Below, piece after piece: positions 1-10,734 of a DNA stretch of 64,000 nucleotides (its first letter is position 1; every line of letters starts with the position of its first letter). The position numbers were made by a program, and so were the translations under genes. The notes under the pieces are model-generated. The model was not told where the DNA came from and searched no databases. It saw only the letters and a list, made by a program, of their open reading frames with translations. The DNA is from an uncultured Gammaproteobacteria bacterium (GTDB lineage Bacteria; Pseudomonadota; Gammaproteobacteria; Steroidobacterales; Steroidobacteraceae), in assembly GCA_963746545.1 (NCBI GenBank), contig CAVVBV010000029.1:210163-274162 (forward strand), in the 5' to 3' direction.

Positions 1-420
1 GCCTTCGGCGGCCAGCAGCTGACCGAGGAGATCATGCGCACCTACGGGCTTTCGATGGAGGAAGCCGGCCGCGCCAAGAAGGAAGGCGGCCTGCCGTCCA
101 ACTACCAGCCCGAGGTGCTCGACCCGTTCATCGACGACATGACCCAGCAGGTCAGCCGTTCGCTGCAGTTCTACCTGGCATCCGGCAGCGGCCGCAGCCA
201 GCCCGAGCAGATCATCATCTGCGGCGGCTGCGCCAACATCCCGGGTGTTGCGGACGTCATCGCGAGCCGGGTGGGTATCCCGGCGGAGCGCGGCGATCCG
301 CTCGGCCAGATGAAGATTTCCTCGAAGGCGAAGGCGCTCGGCGTGCAACGCGACGCCACTGCGTTACTGACAGCCTGCGGCCTCGCATTGCGGAGCTTCG
401 ACGAAGATGCCAAGTATTAA
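1..420 (+). CDS. pilM: Type IV pilus assembly protein PilM, C-terminal part (5' end outside window)
   Basis: The frame is open from nt 1 (AFGGQQLTEEIMRTYG...). It has an actin/FtsA-like C-terminal block, ...IIICGGCANIPGVADVI.... pilN-O-P-Q follow in canonical order. Confidence 0.85.
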   Translation, partial: AFGGQQLTEEIMRTYGLSMEEAGRAKKEGGLPSNYQPEVLDPFIDDMTQQVSRSLQFYLASGSGRSQPEQIIICGGCANIPGVADVIASRVGIPAERGDPLGQMKISSKAKALGVQRDATALLTACGLALRSFDEDAKY

Positions 421-1018
421 CCTACTGCCCTGGCGGCAAGCGCTCCGCCAGCGGCGCAAGAAAGAGTTCGCCATCGGGATTGGCGCGGCGGTCGCACTGG
501 CCGCGCTCGTGACGCTGCTCACGCACCTGACGGTCAGCTCGATGATCGACACGCAGCACCGGCGCAACGACCTGCTGAAGGCGGAGATCGCCGAACTCGA
601 CAAGGCCATCGAGCAGATCGTGGCGCTCGAGGAGCAGAAGTCGGCAATGATCTCGCGCATGGAAGTCATCGAGAGGCTGCAGTCGAGCCGCCCCGAGGTC
701 GTGAAGCTGTTCGACCAGGTCGTCGCGACGCTGCCCGAGGGCGTCTACCTGACGTCGATGAAGCAGAGCGGCAGGAAGATCGAATTCAACGGCGTCGCGC
801 AGTCGAGCACGCGCGTGTCCGCGTTCATGCGCAACATCGACGCCTCCGAGACGATTTCGGCGCCCGACCTCAAGGTCATCCAGACCGGCAAGGACGCGGG
901 CCCCGGCTCGCAGTTCACGCTGTTCGCGCAGATGCGCGCTGCTGCCAACGAGGATGCCGACGAGGCAGTGGCCGCCAAAGTGAAACGCCCCGCCCGCGTT
1001 TCGGAGGTCAGCCAATGA
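407..1018 (+). CDS. pilN: Type IV pilus assembly protein PilN
   Basis: 203 aa. N-terminal INLLPWR motif followed by a single TM helix and a coiled-coil region. It overlaps the pilM end by 14 nt. Confidence 0.85.
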   Translation: MPSINLLPWRQALRQRRKKEFAIGIGAAVALAALVTLLTHLTVSSMIDTQHRRNDLLKAEIAELDKAIEQIVALEEQKSAMISRMEVIERLQSSRPEVVKLFDQVVATLPEGVYLTSMKQSGRKIEFNGVAQSSTRVSAFMRNIDASETISAPDLKVIQTGKDAGPGSQFTLFAQMRAAANEDADEAVAAKVKRPARVSEVSQ

Positions 1019-1707
1019 CCTTCCTGGAACAGCTTCGCCAGCTCGATCCGCGCGACGTCGGCCGTTGGCCGTTCCTGTTCCGCGCGCTCGGCGTGGCCGT
1101 GATATTCCTGGTGACGGCCGGGATCCTGATCTACTACTTCGTCAGCCAGGGCAACCTCGTGGACCTGCGCAAGGCCGAGGCCGAGCAGAAGTCGCTGTGG
1201 TCGACCTTCGACGGGAAGCAGCGCAAGGCGGCGAATCTCGAGGCCTATCGCCAGCAGCTCGCGGAAATCGAGCGCACCTTCGGCGCGATGCTGCGGCAGC
1301 TGCCGGGCAAGACCGAGGTGCCCTCGCTGCTGGTGGACATCTCCCAGACCGGCCTCGCAGCCGGCCTCCAGGAGCACCTGTTCGAGCCCGGACAGGAGGT
1401 CCGCAGGGACTTCTACGCGGAGCTGCCGATCAAGATCCAGCTGTCGGGCGGCTACCACGAGTTCGGCAATTTCGTCAGCGGCATCGCGGCGCTGCCGCGC
1501 ATCGTCACGCTGCACGACATTGAGATCACCCGCGGCAGCGGCACCACGCGCAACACTCAGCGCGGTGGCCGCGCACCGGCGCCGAGCGACGATCTGACGC
1601 TCAACCTGACCGCGAAGACCTATCGCTACCTCGAGGAAGGGGAAGCGGGCGGCGACGCGGACGGCAAGAAAGACGCGAAGACGAAGCCGAAGCGGAACAC
1701 GACATGA
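1015..1707 (+). CDS. pilO: Type IV pilus assembly protein PilO
   Basis: 230 aa. N-terminal TM helix, coiled coil and a PilO-like C-terminal domain. ATGA overlap with pilN; position within the pilMNOPQ operon. Confidence 0.85.
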   Translation: MTFLEQLRQLDPRDVGRWPFLFRALGVAVIFLVTAGILIYYFVSQGNLVDLRKAEAEQKSLWSTFDGKQRKAANLEAYRQQLAEIERTFGAMLRQLPGKTEVPSLLVDISQTGLAAGLQEHLFEPGQEVRRDFYAELPIKIQLSGGYHEFGNFVSGIAALPRIVTLHDIEITRGSGTTRNTQRGGRAPAPSDDLTLNLTAKTYRYLEEGEAGGDADGKKDAKTKPKRNTT

Positions 1708-2219
1708 GCCAGGCACGCATGCGTACCATCCTCACATTGGCCGGGATCGCCGGCAGCCTGCTGCTGGCCGGCTGCTCCGACGACCTCGACGACCTGCGCG
1801 CGGACATCGAGAAGGCCAAGCAGCGGCCGGGCGGGCGCATACAGCCGCTGCCCGAGGTCAAGCCGTACATCAGCCATGAATACGAGATGGCGGACAAGCG
1901 TTCGCCGTTCCTGCAGAGCCTTGCGGGAGAGAACCCGAGCGGCCCGCGGCCCGACATCCAGCGCCCGCGCGAGTACCTCGAGCAGTTCCCGCTCGACACG
2001 CTGAAGATGGTCGGCACGCTGCGCCTCGGCAGCGCCTACTACGGGCTGGTGCAGACCCGCGATGGATTGATTCACCGCGTGCTGCCCGGCAATCACGTCG
2101 GCCAGAACGACGGCCGCGTGACGACGATTGCCGACGCACGCATTTCAGTGACTGAGATTGTGCCCGATGGACTCGGCGGTTACCTGGAGCGCCCCGCGGC
2201 GCTCGCGCTGAGCGATTGA
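1704..2219 (+). CDS. pilP: Type IV pilus assembly lipoprotein PilP
   Basis: 171 aa. Signal peptide with lipobox LLLAGC. ATGA overlap with pilO; lies immediately upstream of the secretin. Confidence 0.8.
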   Translation: MSQARMRTILTLAGIAGSLLLAGCSDDLDDLRADIEKAKQRPGGRIQPLPEVKPYISHEYEMADKRSPFLQSLAGENPSGPRPDIQRPREYLEQFPLDTLKMVGTLRLGSAYYGLVQTRDGLIHRVLPGNHVGQNDGRVTTIADARISVTEIVPDGLGGYLERPAALALSD

Positions 2220-2237
2220 ATCCTGGGAGAACGTCTG

Positions 2238-4400
2238 ATGGCTCGCAATAACCTGACAACGGCGTTGTTCAACAGCGGGGCTCGAAGCCTCGCGCGCGGG
2301 CTCGGCGGCGCGCTGGCCATACTGGCCATCGCGTGGTCGCAGTTCGCGCTCGCACAGGGCTCGGTCAGGCTGACCGCAGTCGAAGTGCTGCCGATGCAGG
2401 GGTCGACCCTGCAGGTCAGGCTGCACACCGACGGCGTCGCGCCGCAGCCGCTGACATTCACCATCGACCGCCCCGCACGGCTGTCGGTGGACCTGCCTGA
2501 CGTCGTGCTCGCGCTCGAAAACCGGCGCATCGACGTCGGCGCGGGCGGCGTGGATACGATCGTCGCCGCGGAGGCCTCTGGCCGCACGCGCGTCGTGTTC
2601 AACCTCGATTCCCTCGTGCCGTACTCGGCCCAGGCGGACGGCGACAGCGTCATCGTGACCCTCGGCAGCGCGGCGGCGGCCACGACCGCTGCGGCCCCGG
2701 CCACCTACACGGCCGCGCCGTCGTCGGGCGGCACGCGCAGCATCACGGGCGTCGATTTCCGCCGCTCGCCGGATGGCGCCGGCCGCGTCGTCGTGCAGCT
2801 GTCCGATCCCTCGACGCCGGCCAGCCTGCGCCAGGAAGGCAACCGCGTGATCGTGGACTTCACGGGCGCGCAGCTCGGCGAAGAGAACATGAAGCGCTAC
2901 GACGTCGTGGACTTCGCGACGCCGGTGACGACGGTCGACGCGGCGCGCGTCGGCGACAACGCCCGCATCGTCGTGACTGCGACCGGCGACTTCGAGCAGC
3001 TCGCCTACCAGACCGACAACCAGTACGTCATCGAGATCAAGCAGCGCGCAAAGGTCTCTGCGGCGACCATGGACGAGAAGGTCTACAGCGGCGAGCGCCT
3101 GACGCTGAACTTCCAGGACATCGACGTGCGCCCGGTGCTGCAGCTCCTTGCTGATACCAGCGGCCAGAACATCGTAGTGTCCGACTCGGTCAAGGGCCGC
3201 GTCACGCTGCGCCTGCAGAACGTCCCCTGGGACCAGGCGCTCGACATCGTACTGCGGACCAAGGGCCTCGACATGCGGCGCAAGAACAACGTGATCATCG
3301 TTGCGCCCCAGGCCGAGCTCGCGGCGCAGGAAAAGGCCGAGCTCGCCGCGCAGAAGGACCTCCAGGACCTGGCGCCGCTGCGCACCGAGTTCCTGCAGGT
3401 CAACTACGCGAAGGCCTCCGAGATCGCGCGCCTCGTCAAGTCGGGCGGCGGCGGGTCGCTGCTTTCCGCACGCGGCAGCGTCACGGTTGACGAACGCACC
3501 AACACGATGCTGGTGCAGGACACGCCTGAACAGCTGACCGCGATCCGCAACCTGGTCTCGACGCTGGACATCCCGGTGCGCCAGGTGCAGATCGAGGCGC
3601 GCATCGTGATCGTCAGCGACGACTTCAGCCGCGAGCTTGGCGTCCGCGCCGGGTTCACGCGCGTGTCGAACGACATCAAGGACCTGATGGCGGTCAGCGG
3701 CAGTGCGCAGGCCACCGACACGATGATGGGCTCGGTGCTCGACAACCTGGCGAGCACGGGCTCGCCGTTCCCGGTCCAGGTGCCGTTCGGCAACTTCGAC
3801 CGCTACAACGTGAACATGCCGGTCTCGAATCCCGCGGGCCGCATTGCGCTGTCGATCCTCGATTTCGACGATTACCTGATCGACCTCGAGCTGTCGGCCG
3901 CGCAGAACGAAGGCCGCGGCGAGATCAAGTCGACCCCGCGCGTCATCACGGCGAACGGTCGCGAGGCGATCATCGAGCAGGGCGTCGAGATCCCGTTCCA
4001 GGAATCGGCGTCCTCGGGCGCGACGACCACGCAGTTCAAGAAGGCGGTGCTGTCGCTCAAGGTCACGCCGCAGATCACGCCGGACGACCGCGTGATCCTC
4101 GACCTGACCGTCACCAAGGACAGCGTCGGCCAGCTGGTGCCGAGCGCGACCGGCGGTTTCGTGCCGTCGATCGACACGCGCAACATCCAGACCCAGGTGC
4201 TCGTCAAGGACGGCCAGACGGTCGTGCTGGGCGGCATCATGGAGACGGAGCGCCGCGACTCGGTGAAGAAGGTGCCGCTGCTCGGCGACGTGCCGGTGCT
4301 CGGCAACCTGTTCAAGTCCAAGAACAAGACCAACAACCGCGACGAGTTGCTGATCTTCATCACGCCCAGGATCCTGCGCGAGGGTTCGAGCGTGAACTGA
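2238..4400 (+). CDS. pilQ: Type IV pilus secretin PilQ
   Basis: 720 aa. Signal peptide, AMIN-like N-terminal repeats, and a C-terminal secretin block (...VPLLGDVPVLGNLFKSK...LLIFITPRI). Confidence 0.9.
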   Translation: MARNNLTTALFNSGARSLARGLGGALAILAIAWSQFALAQGSVRLTAVEVLPMQGSTLQVRLHTDGVAPQPLTFTIDRPARLSVDLPDVVLALENRRIDVGAGGVDTIVAAEASGRTRVVFNLDSLVPYSAQADGDSVIVTLGSAAAATTAAAPATYTAAPSSGGTRSITGVDFRRSPDGAGRVVVQLSDPSTPASLRQEGNRVIVDFTGAQLGEENMKRYDVVDFATPVTTVDAARVGDNARIVVTATGDFEQLAYQTDNQYVIEIKQRAKVSAATMDEKVYSGERLTLNFQDIDVRPVLQLLADTSGQNIVVSDSVKGRVTLRLQNVPWDQALDIVLRTKGLDMRRKNNVIIVAPQAELAAQEKAELAAQKDLQDLAPLRTEFLQVNYAKASEIARLVKSGGGGSLLSARGSVTVDERTNTMLVQDTPEQLTAIRNLVSTLDIPVRQVQIEARIVIVSDDFSRELGVRAGFTRVSNDIKDLMAVSGSAQATDTMMGSVLDNLASTGSPFPVQVPFGNFDRYNVNMPVSNPAGRIALSILDFDDYLIDLELSAAQNEGRGEIKSTPRVITANGREAIIEQGVEIPFQESASSGATTTQFKKAVLSLKVTPQITPDDRVILDLTVTKDSVGQLVPSATGGFVPSIDTRNIQTQVLVKDGQTVVLGGIMETERRDSVKKVPLLGDVPVLGNLFKSKNKTNNRDELLIFITPRILREGSSVN

Positions 4401-4449
4401 CGCCTGTCCGGGTCCGGCTTGCGTCCCAGGCCGGTTCCCATGCACAGTC

Positions 4450-4481
4450 ACACGGCCGCCTCCGGGCGGCCGTGTCTTTTT
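4450..4481 (+). terminator. Rho-independent terminator-like hairpin after pilQ
   Basis: 11-bp GC-rich stem ACACGGCCGCC / GGCGGCCGTGT with loop TCCG, followed by CTTTTTG. Confidence 0.55.
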
Positions 4482-4491
4482 GCGGTGACCG

Positions 4492-5001
4492 ATGCTTCGG
4501 AGCGTATTCCTGGTGGGGCCGATGGGTTCGGGCAAGACCGCGGTCGGCCGGCAGCTCGCAGAGCGGCTCGGCCTTCCATTCGCGGACAGCGACGCCGAGA
4601 TCGAGGCACGCACCGGCGTCGACATCGCCTACATCTTCGAGCGCGAGGGCGAGGCCGGATTCCGGGTCCGCGAGCGCGACATGATCGATGAACTCACGCG
4701 CCGCGAGGGAATCGTGCTCGCGACCGGCGGCGGGGCGGTCCTGCTGCCCGAGAATCGCGAGCGGCTGTCCACGCGCGGCACGGTCGTGTTCCTCGACGCC
4801 ACGCTCGAGCAGCAGATGCAGCGCACGCGGCGCGGGCGCCACCGGCCGCTGCTCGCGACCGACGATCCGCGCGCGAAGCTCGAGGAGCTGATGCGCGTGC
4901 GCGATCCGCTCTACCGCTCCATCGCTGCGATCACCGTCACGACCGACGGGCGCCGGCTGGCATCGGTCGCCGACGAGATCGCCAGGATGCTTTCCGCATG
5001 A
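4492..5001 (+). CDS. aroK: Shikimate kinase
   Basis: 169 aa. P-loop GPMGSGKT at the N-terminus. Conserved pilQ-aroK-aroB synteny. Confidence 0.9.
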   Translation: MLRSVFLVGPMGSGKTAVGRQLAERLGLPFADSDAEIEARTGVDIAYIFEREGEAGFRVRERDMIDELTRREGIVLATGGGAVLLPENRERLSTRGTVVFLDATLEQQMQRTRRGRHRPLLATDDPRAKLEELMRVRDPLYRSIAAITVTTDGRRLASVADEIARMLSA

Positions 5002-6086
5002 GGCGCGTGGACCTCGATCTCGGCGCGCGGCGCTGCCCGATCCTGATCGGGCCGGGCCTGCTGGGCTCGCAGGCGCTGCTCGCGGAGCACACGGGCGATG
5101 CGCAGCTGATGGTCGTCAGCAACGAGACCGTCGCGCCCCTGTGGCTGCCGCGGCTGCGCGAGGGCCTTGGCGGCCGCCCCTTCGCGCAATGCCTGCTGCC
5201 GGATGGCGAGGAGCACAAGACGCTCGCGAGCGCCGCGCGGGTCATCGACGCGCTCATCGAGGCGCGCATGAACCGCGACTGCATGGTGCTCGCGCTCGGC
5301 GGCGGCGTCATCGGCGACATCGCCGGCTTCGCCGCGGCGACCTACCAGCGCGGCGTCGCGTTCCTGCAGCTGCCGACCACGCTGCTCGCACAGGTGGATT
5401 CCGCGATCGGCGGCAAGACCGGCGTCAATCACCCGGGCGGCAAGAACCTGATCGGCGCATTTCACCAGCCCGTCGCCGTCATCACCGATACCGACACGCT
5501 TGCCACGCTTTCGGACCGGGAGTTTCGGGCAGGTCTCGCCGAGATCATCAAGGCCGCGCTGATCGCGGACAGCGGATTCTTCGACTGGCTCGAGCAGGAG
5601 ATCGAGGCGCTGCTCGCGCGCAAGGCCGGGGCGCTCGAGGAGGCGATCGGCCGCGCCTGCGAAATCAAGGCCGCGATCGTCGCCCGCGACGAGCGCGAAG
5701 CGGGCCCGCGCGCGCTGTTGAACCTCGGGCACAGCTTCGGGCACGCGATCGAAACCGGGCTGGGCCACGGCCGCTGGCTGCACGGCGAGGCGGTCGCCGC
5801 CGGCATCGTGCTCGCCGCCGAACTCTCGCAGCGCAGCGGCCGGCTGGCCGCGGGCGAGGTCGGCCGCGTGCGCGGCCTGCTGGCCCGCGCGGGCCTGCCG
5901 GTCGATCCGCCGCGGCTCGGGCGCGAACGCATGCAGGCGCTCCTCGGCATGGACAAGAAAGTCGCGGGCGGGCGGCTGCGCCTCGTGCTGCTGGATGGGA
6001 TCGGCGCGGCAACGTGCACGGCCGAGTTTCCGCAGGACGCGCTCGAGAAGCTGCTCGAGGACCGGGCCGGCACGGGCGCGGCGTGA
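4998..6086 (+). CDS. aroB: 3-dehydroquinate synthase
   Basis: 362 aa. Blocks [41 protein letters not shown] and [16 protein letters not shown] overlap with aroK. Confidence 0.9.
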   Translation: MRRVDLDLGARRCPILIGPGLLGSQALLAEHTGDAQLMVVSNETVAPLWLPRLREGLGGRPFAQCLLPDGEEHKTLASAARVIDALIEARMNRDCMVLALGGGVIGDIAGFAAATYQRGVAFLQLPTTLLAQVDSAIGGKTGVNHPGGKNLIGAFHQPVAVITDTDTLATLSDREFRAGLAEIIKAALIADSGFFDWLEQEIEALLARKAGALEEAIGRACEIKAAIVARDEREAGPRALLNLGHSFGHAIETGLGHGRWLHGEAVAAGIVLAAELSQRSGRLAAGEVGRVRGLLARAGLPVDPPRLGRERMQALLGMDKKVAGGRLRLVLLDGIGAATCTAEFPQDALEKLLEDRAGTGAA

Positions 6087-7246
6087 GGAAGGGGCGCGAT
6101 CCGGATGCGGGGCTCGCGCCCTATGCCGCGCTGGTCGCGACTTCGCGCGGTCGCCGTCATCCCGAACCCCCGGCCGACTACCGCAGCGAGTTCCAGCGCG
6201 ATCGCGACCGCATCGTGCATTCGAACGCCTTCCGGCGCCTGGTCTACAAGACCCAGGTGTTCGTCAATCACGAAGGCGACATGTACCGCACGCGGCTTAC
6301 GCACACGCTCGAGGTCGCGCAGATCGGCCGCTCGGTCGCGAGCGCGCTCGCGCTCTCCGAGCCGCTGACCGAGGCGATCTGCCTCGCGCATGACCTGGGC
6401 CACACGCCCTTCGGCCACGCAGGCCAGGACGTGCTGAACGAGTGCATGCGCGAATACGGGGGCTTCGAGCACAACCTGCAGTCGCTCAGGGTCGTGGACG
6501 AACTGGAGGATCGCTACGCGAAGTTCCGCGGCCTGAACCTGACCTTCGAAACCCGCGAGGGAATCCTGAAGCATTGCTCGCTCGCGAATGCACGGCAGCT
6601 CGGCGACGTGGGCCGCCGCTTCATCGAGCGCCAGCAGCCCGGCCTCGAGGCGCAGATCGCGGACCTGGCCGATGCGATCGCCTACAACAATCACGACGTG
6701 GACGACGGCCTGCGCTCCGGGCTCGTGACCATCGACGACCTCTGCGAGGTCGCGCTGTTCGCGCGTCACCACGCAACCGTCAGCGCGCTGTACGCGGACC
6801 TCGCCGGCCGACGCATGATCCACGAGATCGGGCGGCGCATGATCCACGACGTCGTCACCGACCTGATCGAGGAGACGACCCGGCGCCTGGCCGAGGCGAA
6901 GCCCGCGAATATCGACGCCGTGCGCGCGATGCCGGGACCGCTGGTCGGATTCTCGGCGGCCGGGGAGGCCGGGCACCTGGAACTGAAGAAGTTCCTGCGC
7001 ACGCGCCTGTACCGTCACGAGCGCATCGAGGCCGCGCGCATGGGCGCCGGCCAGGCGCTGCGCAGCCTGTTCGAGTCCTTCATGCAGGACGTCACGCGCA
7101 TGCCGGCCGAGCACCGCGACGCGGCGCTCGCCCTGGAATCGGGGTCGGGAATGGCCGGCCGCGCCCGCGCGGTCGCCGACTACGTCGCCGGCATGACCGA
7201 TCGCTACGCTTTTCAGGAACACGCGCGGATAGCGGGCGCGCTTTGA
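6083..7246 (+). CDS. dGTPase-like HD-domain triphosphohydrolase
   Basis: Only the 3' part of track ORF 5141..7246 matches: FQRDRDRIVHSNAFRRL, RTRLTHTLEVAQIGR, HDLGHTPFGH. The proposed start is GTG 6083, overlapping the aroB stop (GTGA). The upstream part of the ORF overlaps aroB and is Arg/Ala-rich junk. Confidence 0.8.
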   Translation: MRKGRDPDAGLAPYAALVATSRGRRHPEPPADYRSEFQRDRDRIVHSNAFRRLVYKTQVFVNHEGDMYRTRLTHTLEVAQIGRSVASALALSEPLTEAICLAHDLGHTPFGHAGQDVLNECMREYGGFEHNLQSLRVVDELEDRYAKFRGLNLTFETREGILKHCSLANARQLGDVGRRFIERQQPGLEAQIADLADAIAYNNHDVDDGLRSGLVTIDDLCEVALFARHHATVSALYADLAGRRMIHEIGRRMIHDVVTDLIEETTRRLAEAKPANIDAVRAMPGPLVGFSAAGEAGHLELKKFLRTRLYRHERIEAARMGAGQALRSLFESFMQDVTRMPAEHRDAALALESGSGMAGRARAVADYVAGMTDRYAFQEHARIAGAL

Positions 7247-7277
7247 TACCATCGCGCGGCCAAATGAAGGAGACCGG

Positions 7278-7994
7278 GTGGCCAGGGCCGAGATACCCGC
7301 GCGCGAACGACTGATCTTCGCGATGGACGTGCCGAATGCCGACGCTGCGCGCCGGCTCGCGGACACGCTCGGCGATTCCGTGTCCTTCTACAAGCTCGGG
7401 CTCGAGCTGTTCATGGCCGGCGACACCTTCGAGCTGCTCGACTGGATGGTGGGCCGCGGCAAGCGCGTGTTCGTGGACCTCAAGTTCTTCGACGTGCCGG
7501 CGACCGTGGCCGGCGCCGTGCGCAACCTCCGCAATCGCGGCGTGACATTCGCGACCGTGCACGGCAACCAGTCGATCATGGAAGCGGCGGTTTCGGCCGC
7601 GGGCGACGTCGGGATCCTCGCGGTTACCGTGCTGACCAGCCTCGATCGCGGCGACCTCGACGACATGGGATTCCAGTGCGACGTGGGAGCGCTCGTGCTT
7701 TCGCGCGCGCGGCGTGCGCTCGAAGCCGGCTGTGCCGGCGTCGTTTCTTCCGGGCTCGAGGCGAAACTGCTGCGCGCGGGCGTGGACGACCGCCTGATCG
7801 TGGTCACGCCGGGCATCCGGCCGGTCGAAAACCGCCCGACCGACGACCAGAAGCGCGTCATGAGCGTACCCGAGGCGTTCGTGAATGGTGCCGATTACAT
7901 CGTCGTCGGGCGGCCGATCCGCGATGCCGCCGACCCGCGCGCCGCCGCGGAGCAGATCCAGGCGACCATCGCCGGCCTGTTCCCGGGCCGATGA
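7278..7994 (+). CDS. pyrF: Orotidine 5'-phosphate decarboxylase
   Basis: 238 aa. LIFAMDV...FYKLGLELF...[11 protein letters not shown]...IVVGRPI are PyrF hallmark blocks. Confidence 0.9.
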   Translation: MARAEIPARERLIFAMDVPNADAARRLADTLGDSVSFYKLGLELFMAGDTFELLDWMVGRGKRVFVDLKFFDVPATVAGAVRNLRNRGVTFATVHGNQSIMEAAVSAAGDVGILAVTVLTSLDRGDLDDMGFQCDVGALVLSRARRALEAGCAGVVSSGLEAKLLRAGVDDRLIVVTPGIRPVENRPTDDQKRVMSVPEAFVNGADYIVVGRPIRDAADPRAAAEQIQATIAGLFPGR

Positions 7995-9055
7995 GCAAAC
8001 CGCTCGCGAACGACCGCCTGCTGCGCGCCCTGCTGCGCCAGCCCGTGGACCGGACGCCGGTGTGGCTGATGCGCCAGGCCGGGCGTTACCTGCCGGAATA
8101 CCGCGCGACGCGTGCCGAGGCCGGCAGCTTCATGGCGCTTTGCACGAATCCCGCGCTCGCCTGCGAAGTCACGCTGCAGCCGCTCGCGCGCTTCCCGCTG
8201 GACGCCGCGATCCTGTTCTCCGACATCCTGGTGATTCCGCACGCGATGGGGCGCGGCCTCAGCTTCGAAGAAGGGGAGGGCCCGCGCATCACCCGTCCGG
8301 TCCGGAGCGACGCGGATGTCCAGTCCTTGCCCGTGCCGGACCCGGACGACAAATTGCGATTCGTGCTGGACGCGATCGCGCTGATACGGCGCGAACTCGC
8401 CGGCCGGGTGCCATTGATCGGGTTTGCCGGTTCGCCGTGGACGGTTGCCACTTACATGGTCGAGGGCGGCTCGAGCAGGGATTTCCAGCGCATCAAGTCG
8501 CTGCTGCAGTCCGAACCCCGCACCCTGCACGCGCTCCTCGACAAGCTCGCCCGCGCGACGACCAGCTATCTCAACGCGCAGATCGCGGCGGGCGTGCAGG
8601 CCGTGATGATCTTCGACACCTGGGGCGGCGCGCTCGCGACACCGGATTACCTCGAGTTCTCGCTGGCCTACATGCGGCAGATCCTGGCCGGCCTCGCGCG
8701 CGAACCCGCGGGCCAGCGCGTGCCGGTGATCCTGTTCACCAAGGGCGGCGGCATCTGGCTCGCGCGCATGGCTGCGGCCGGTGCCGATGCGCTCGGCATC
8801 GATTCCGCGACGGAACTGTCGGCTGCGCGTCAGGCGACCGGCGACCGCGTCGCACTGCAGGGCAATCTCGATCCGCTGCTGCTGCACGAACCGCCGGAGC
8901 GGATCCGCGCGGAGGTCGCGCGCGTGCTCGAAAGCTACGGGCGCGGGCCCGGACACGTGTTCAACCTGGGGCACGGCGTGCAGCCTGAAACGAACCCGGA
9001 CCATGTGGCCGCGATGATCGCGGCCGTGCACGATCTCTCGCCTCAGTACCACTAG
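7991..9055 (+). CDS. hemE: Uroporphyrinogen decarboxylase
   Basis: [38 protein letters not shown]... is the typical HemE N-terminus. ATG 7991 overlaps the pyrF stop (ATGA). 354 aa. Confidence 0.9.
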   Translation: MSKPLANDRLLRALLRQPVDRTPVWLMRQAGRYLPEYRATRAEAGSFMALCTNPALACEVTLQPLARFPLDAAILFSDILVIPHAMGRGLSFEEGEGPRITRPVRSDADVQSLPVPDPDDKLRFVLDAIALIRRELAGRVPLIGFAGSPWTVATYMVEGGSSRDFQRIKSLLQSEPRTLHALLDKLARATTSYLNAQIAAGVQAVMIFDTWGGALATPDYLEFSLAYMRQILAGLAREPAGQRVPVILFTKGGGIWLARMAAAGADALGIDSATELSAARQATGDRVALQGNLDPLLLHEPPERIRAEVARVLESYGRGPGHVFNLGHGVQPETNPDHVAAMIAAVHDLSPQYH

Positions 9056-10734
9056 ACGGCGCGCAACTCGTCGCGCAGCGTGCGGCGCAGGATCTTGCCG
9101 ACGTTGGATTTCGGCAGTTCGTTCCGGAAATAGATCGCGCGCGGCAGCTTGTAGCCGGTCAGCTCGCGCCTGCAGAAGGCGACGACCTGCTCGCTGGTCA
9201 GCGCCGGATCCTTTTTCACGATGAAGAGCGCGACGACTTCGCCGGATTTCTCGTCCGGCTGCGCAACCGCAGCGACCTCGAGCACGCCCGGCATCTGCGC
9301 GACGACGCCCTCGACCTCGTTGGGATAGACGTTGAAGCCGGACACCAGAATCATGTCCTTCTTGCGGTCCTCGATGAACGTGCGGCCGCGCTCGTCCATG
9401 CGGCCGATGTCTCCGGTGCGCAGCCAGCCGCCCGGCAGCATGACCTTGGCGGTCTCCTCGGGGCGGTTCCAGTAGCCGCGCATCACCTGCGGCCCGCGCA
9501 GGCAGATCTCCCCGACCGAGCCCGACGGCAGCGCGTTACCGTCGTCGTCGCGGATCGAGATCTCGGTGGAGGGCAGCGGATAGCCGATCGAGCCGGTGAA
9601 ATCCGTCGTTCCCGGCAGGTTCGAGGTGCCGACCGGCGAAGACTCCGTGAGGCCCCAGCCCTGGCAGATGTGCCGCCCGGTCACCTGCCGCCAGCGTTCG
9701 GAGACCGCGGCCTGCACCGCCATGCCGCCGCCGAGCGCGACTTTCAGCGAACTGAAGTCGAGCTTGTCGAAGCCTGGCGTGTGCAGCAGCGCGTTGAACA
9801 GCGTGTTGACCCCGGTGATGAACGTGAAGCGGACGCGGCTCAATTCCCTGACGAAGCCGGCCATGTCGCGCGGATTCGTGATCAGCACGTTCATGCCGCC
9901 AACGCGGGTGAACACCAGGAAGTTCGAGGTCAGCGCGAAGATGTGATAGAGCGGCAGCGCCGTGATGACGACGGCGTTCTTTATCTCGCGCAGCTCCGGC
10001 ATGAAGGCGACGACCTGCAGCGTGTTGGCGACCAGGTTGCGATGCGTCAGCACCGCGCCCTTCGACACGCCGGTCGTGCCGCCGGTGTATTGCAGGAAGG
10101 CGACGTCGTAGCCGCCGACGTCCACCGGATCGAGCTTCAGCGACGAGCCGGCCTTCATGATCTCGTTGAAGGAGAGCGCGCCCGGCAGCTTCCACGGCGG
10201 CACCATCTTCCTGACGCGGCGGATCACGAAATTCGTGATCGCTCCCTTGGGGAAGCCGAGCAGGTCGCCGATGCCGGTCACGACGATCTTGCGGATCGGC
10301 GTCTTCGCAAGCACCTGCTCGAGCGTCGCGCAGGCGTTCTCGAAGATCACGATCACCGTGGCGCCCGAGTCGTTCAGCTGGTGCTCGAGTTCGCGCGCCG
10401 TGTACAGCGGGTTGACGTTGACGACCGTGCAGCCAGCGCGCAGCGTACCGATGATCGCAATCGGGTACTGCAGGACGTTCGGCATCATCAGCGCGACGCG
10501 ATCGCCCTTCCTGAGCCCGGCCTGCTTCTGCAGCCAGGCGGCGAAGCGGCGAGAACGCTCTTCGACTTCGGCATAGCTCAGCGTGCGGCCCATGTTCGAG
10601 ACCGCGGGCAACGCCGCGTAGTCGCGGCAGGCGTCCTCGAACAGGTGCTTCAGCGAGCGCACCGAGTCCGGATCGATCTCACCCGGAACGCCGGGCGGAT
10701 AATCCTTGCGCCAGAAGGTCGCGTCGTTCATCAC
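9052..10734 (-). CDS. fadD: Long-chain-fatty-acid--CoA ligase
   Basis: 560 aa. AMP-binding motif [18 protein letters not shown], plus GWLRTGDIG and a C-terminal ...[12 protein letters not shown]. Confidence 0.85.
   Translation of the reverse strand: MMNDATFWRKDYPPGVPGEIDPDSVRSLKHLFEDACRDYAALPAVSNMGRTLSYAEVEERSRRFAAWLQKQAGLRKGDRVALMMPNVLQYPIAIIGTLRAGCTVVNVNPLYTARELEHQLNDSGATVIVIFENACATLEQVLAKTPIRKIVVTGIGDLLGFPKGAITNFVIRRVRKMVPPWKLPGALSFNEIMKAGSSLKLDPVDVGGYDVAFLQYTGGTTGVSKGAVLTHRNLVANTLQVVAFMPELREIKNAVVITALPLYHIFALTSNFLVFTRVGGMNVLITNPRDMAGFVRELSRVRFTFITGVNTLFNALLHTPGFDKLDFSSLKVALGGGMAVQAAVSERWRQVTGRHICQGWGLTESSPVGTSNLPGTTDFTGSIGYPLPSTEISIRDDDGNALPSGSVGEICLRGPQVMRGYWNRPEETAKVMLPGGWLRTGDIGRMDERGRTFIEDRKKDMILVSGFNVYPNEVEGVVAQMPGVLEVAAVAQPDEKSGEVVALFIVKKDPALTSEQVVAFCRRELTGYKLPRAIYFRNELPKSNVGKILRRTLRDELRAV

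Noticed and set aside
2145-4625. Very long antisense or out-of-frame ORFs. Examples: 2145..4625(-), 5462..7366(-), 11782..15291(-), 23612..26422(-), 25180..27984(+), 31436..33778(-), 51052..53097(+), 56890..58704(-).
   Set aside because: Their translations are Arg/Ala/Gly/Pro-rich low-complexity strings with no recognisable motifs. Each lies opposite or out of frame to a gene with clear family signatures. This is the typical stop-codon-poor artefact of GC-rich DNA.
5141-7246. 701-aa ORF suggesting a large protein overlapping aroB.
   Set aside because: Only the portion from GTG 6083 shows dGTPase/HD-domain motifs. The upstream 940 nt overlaps aroB in another frame and translates to Arg-rich junk.
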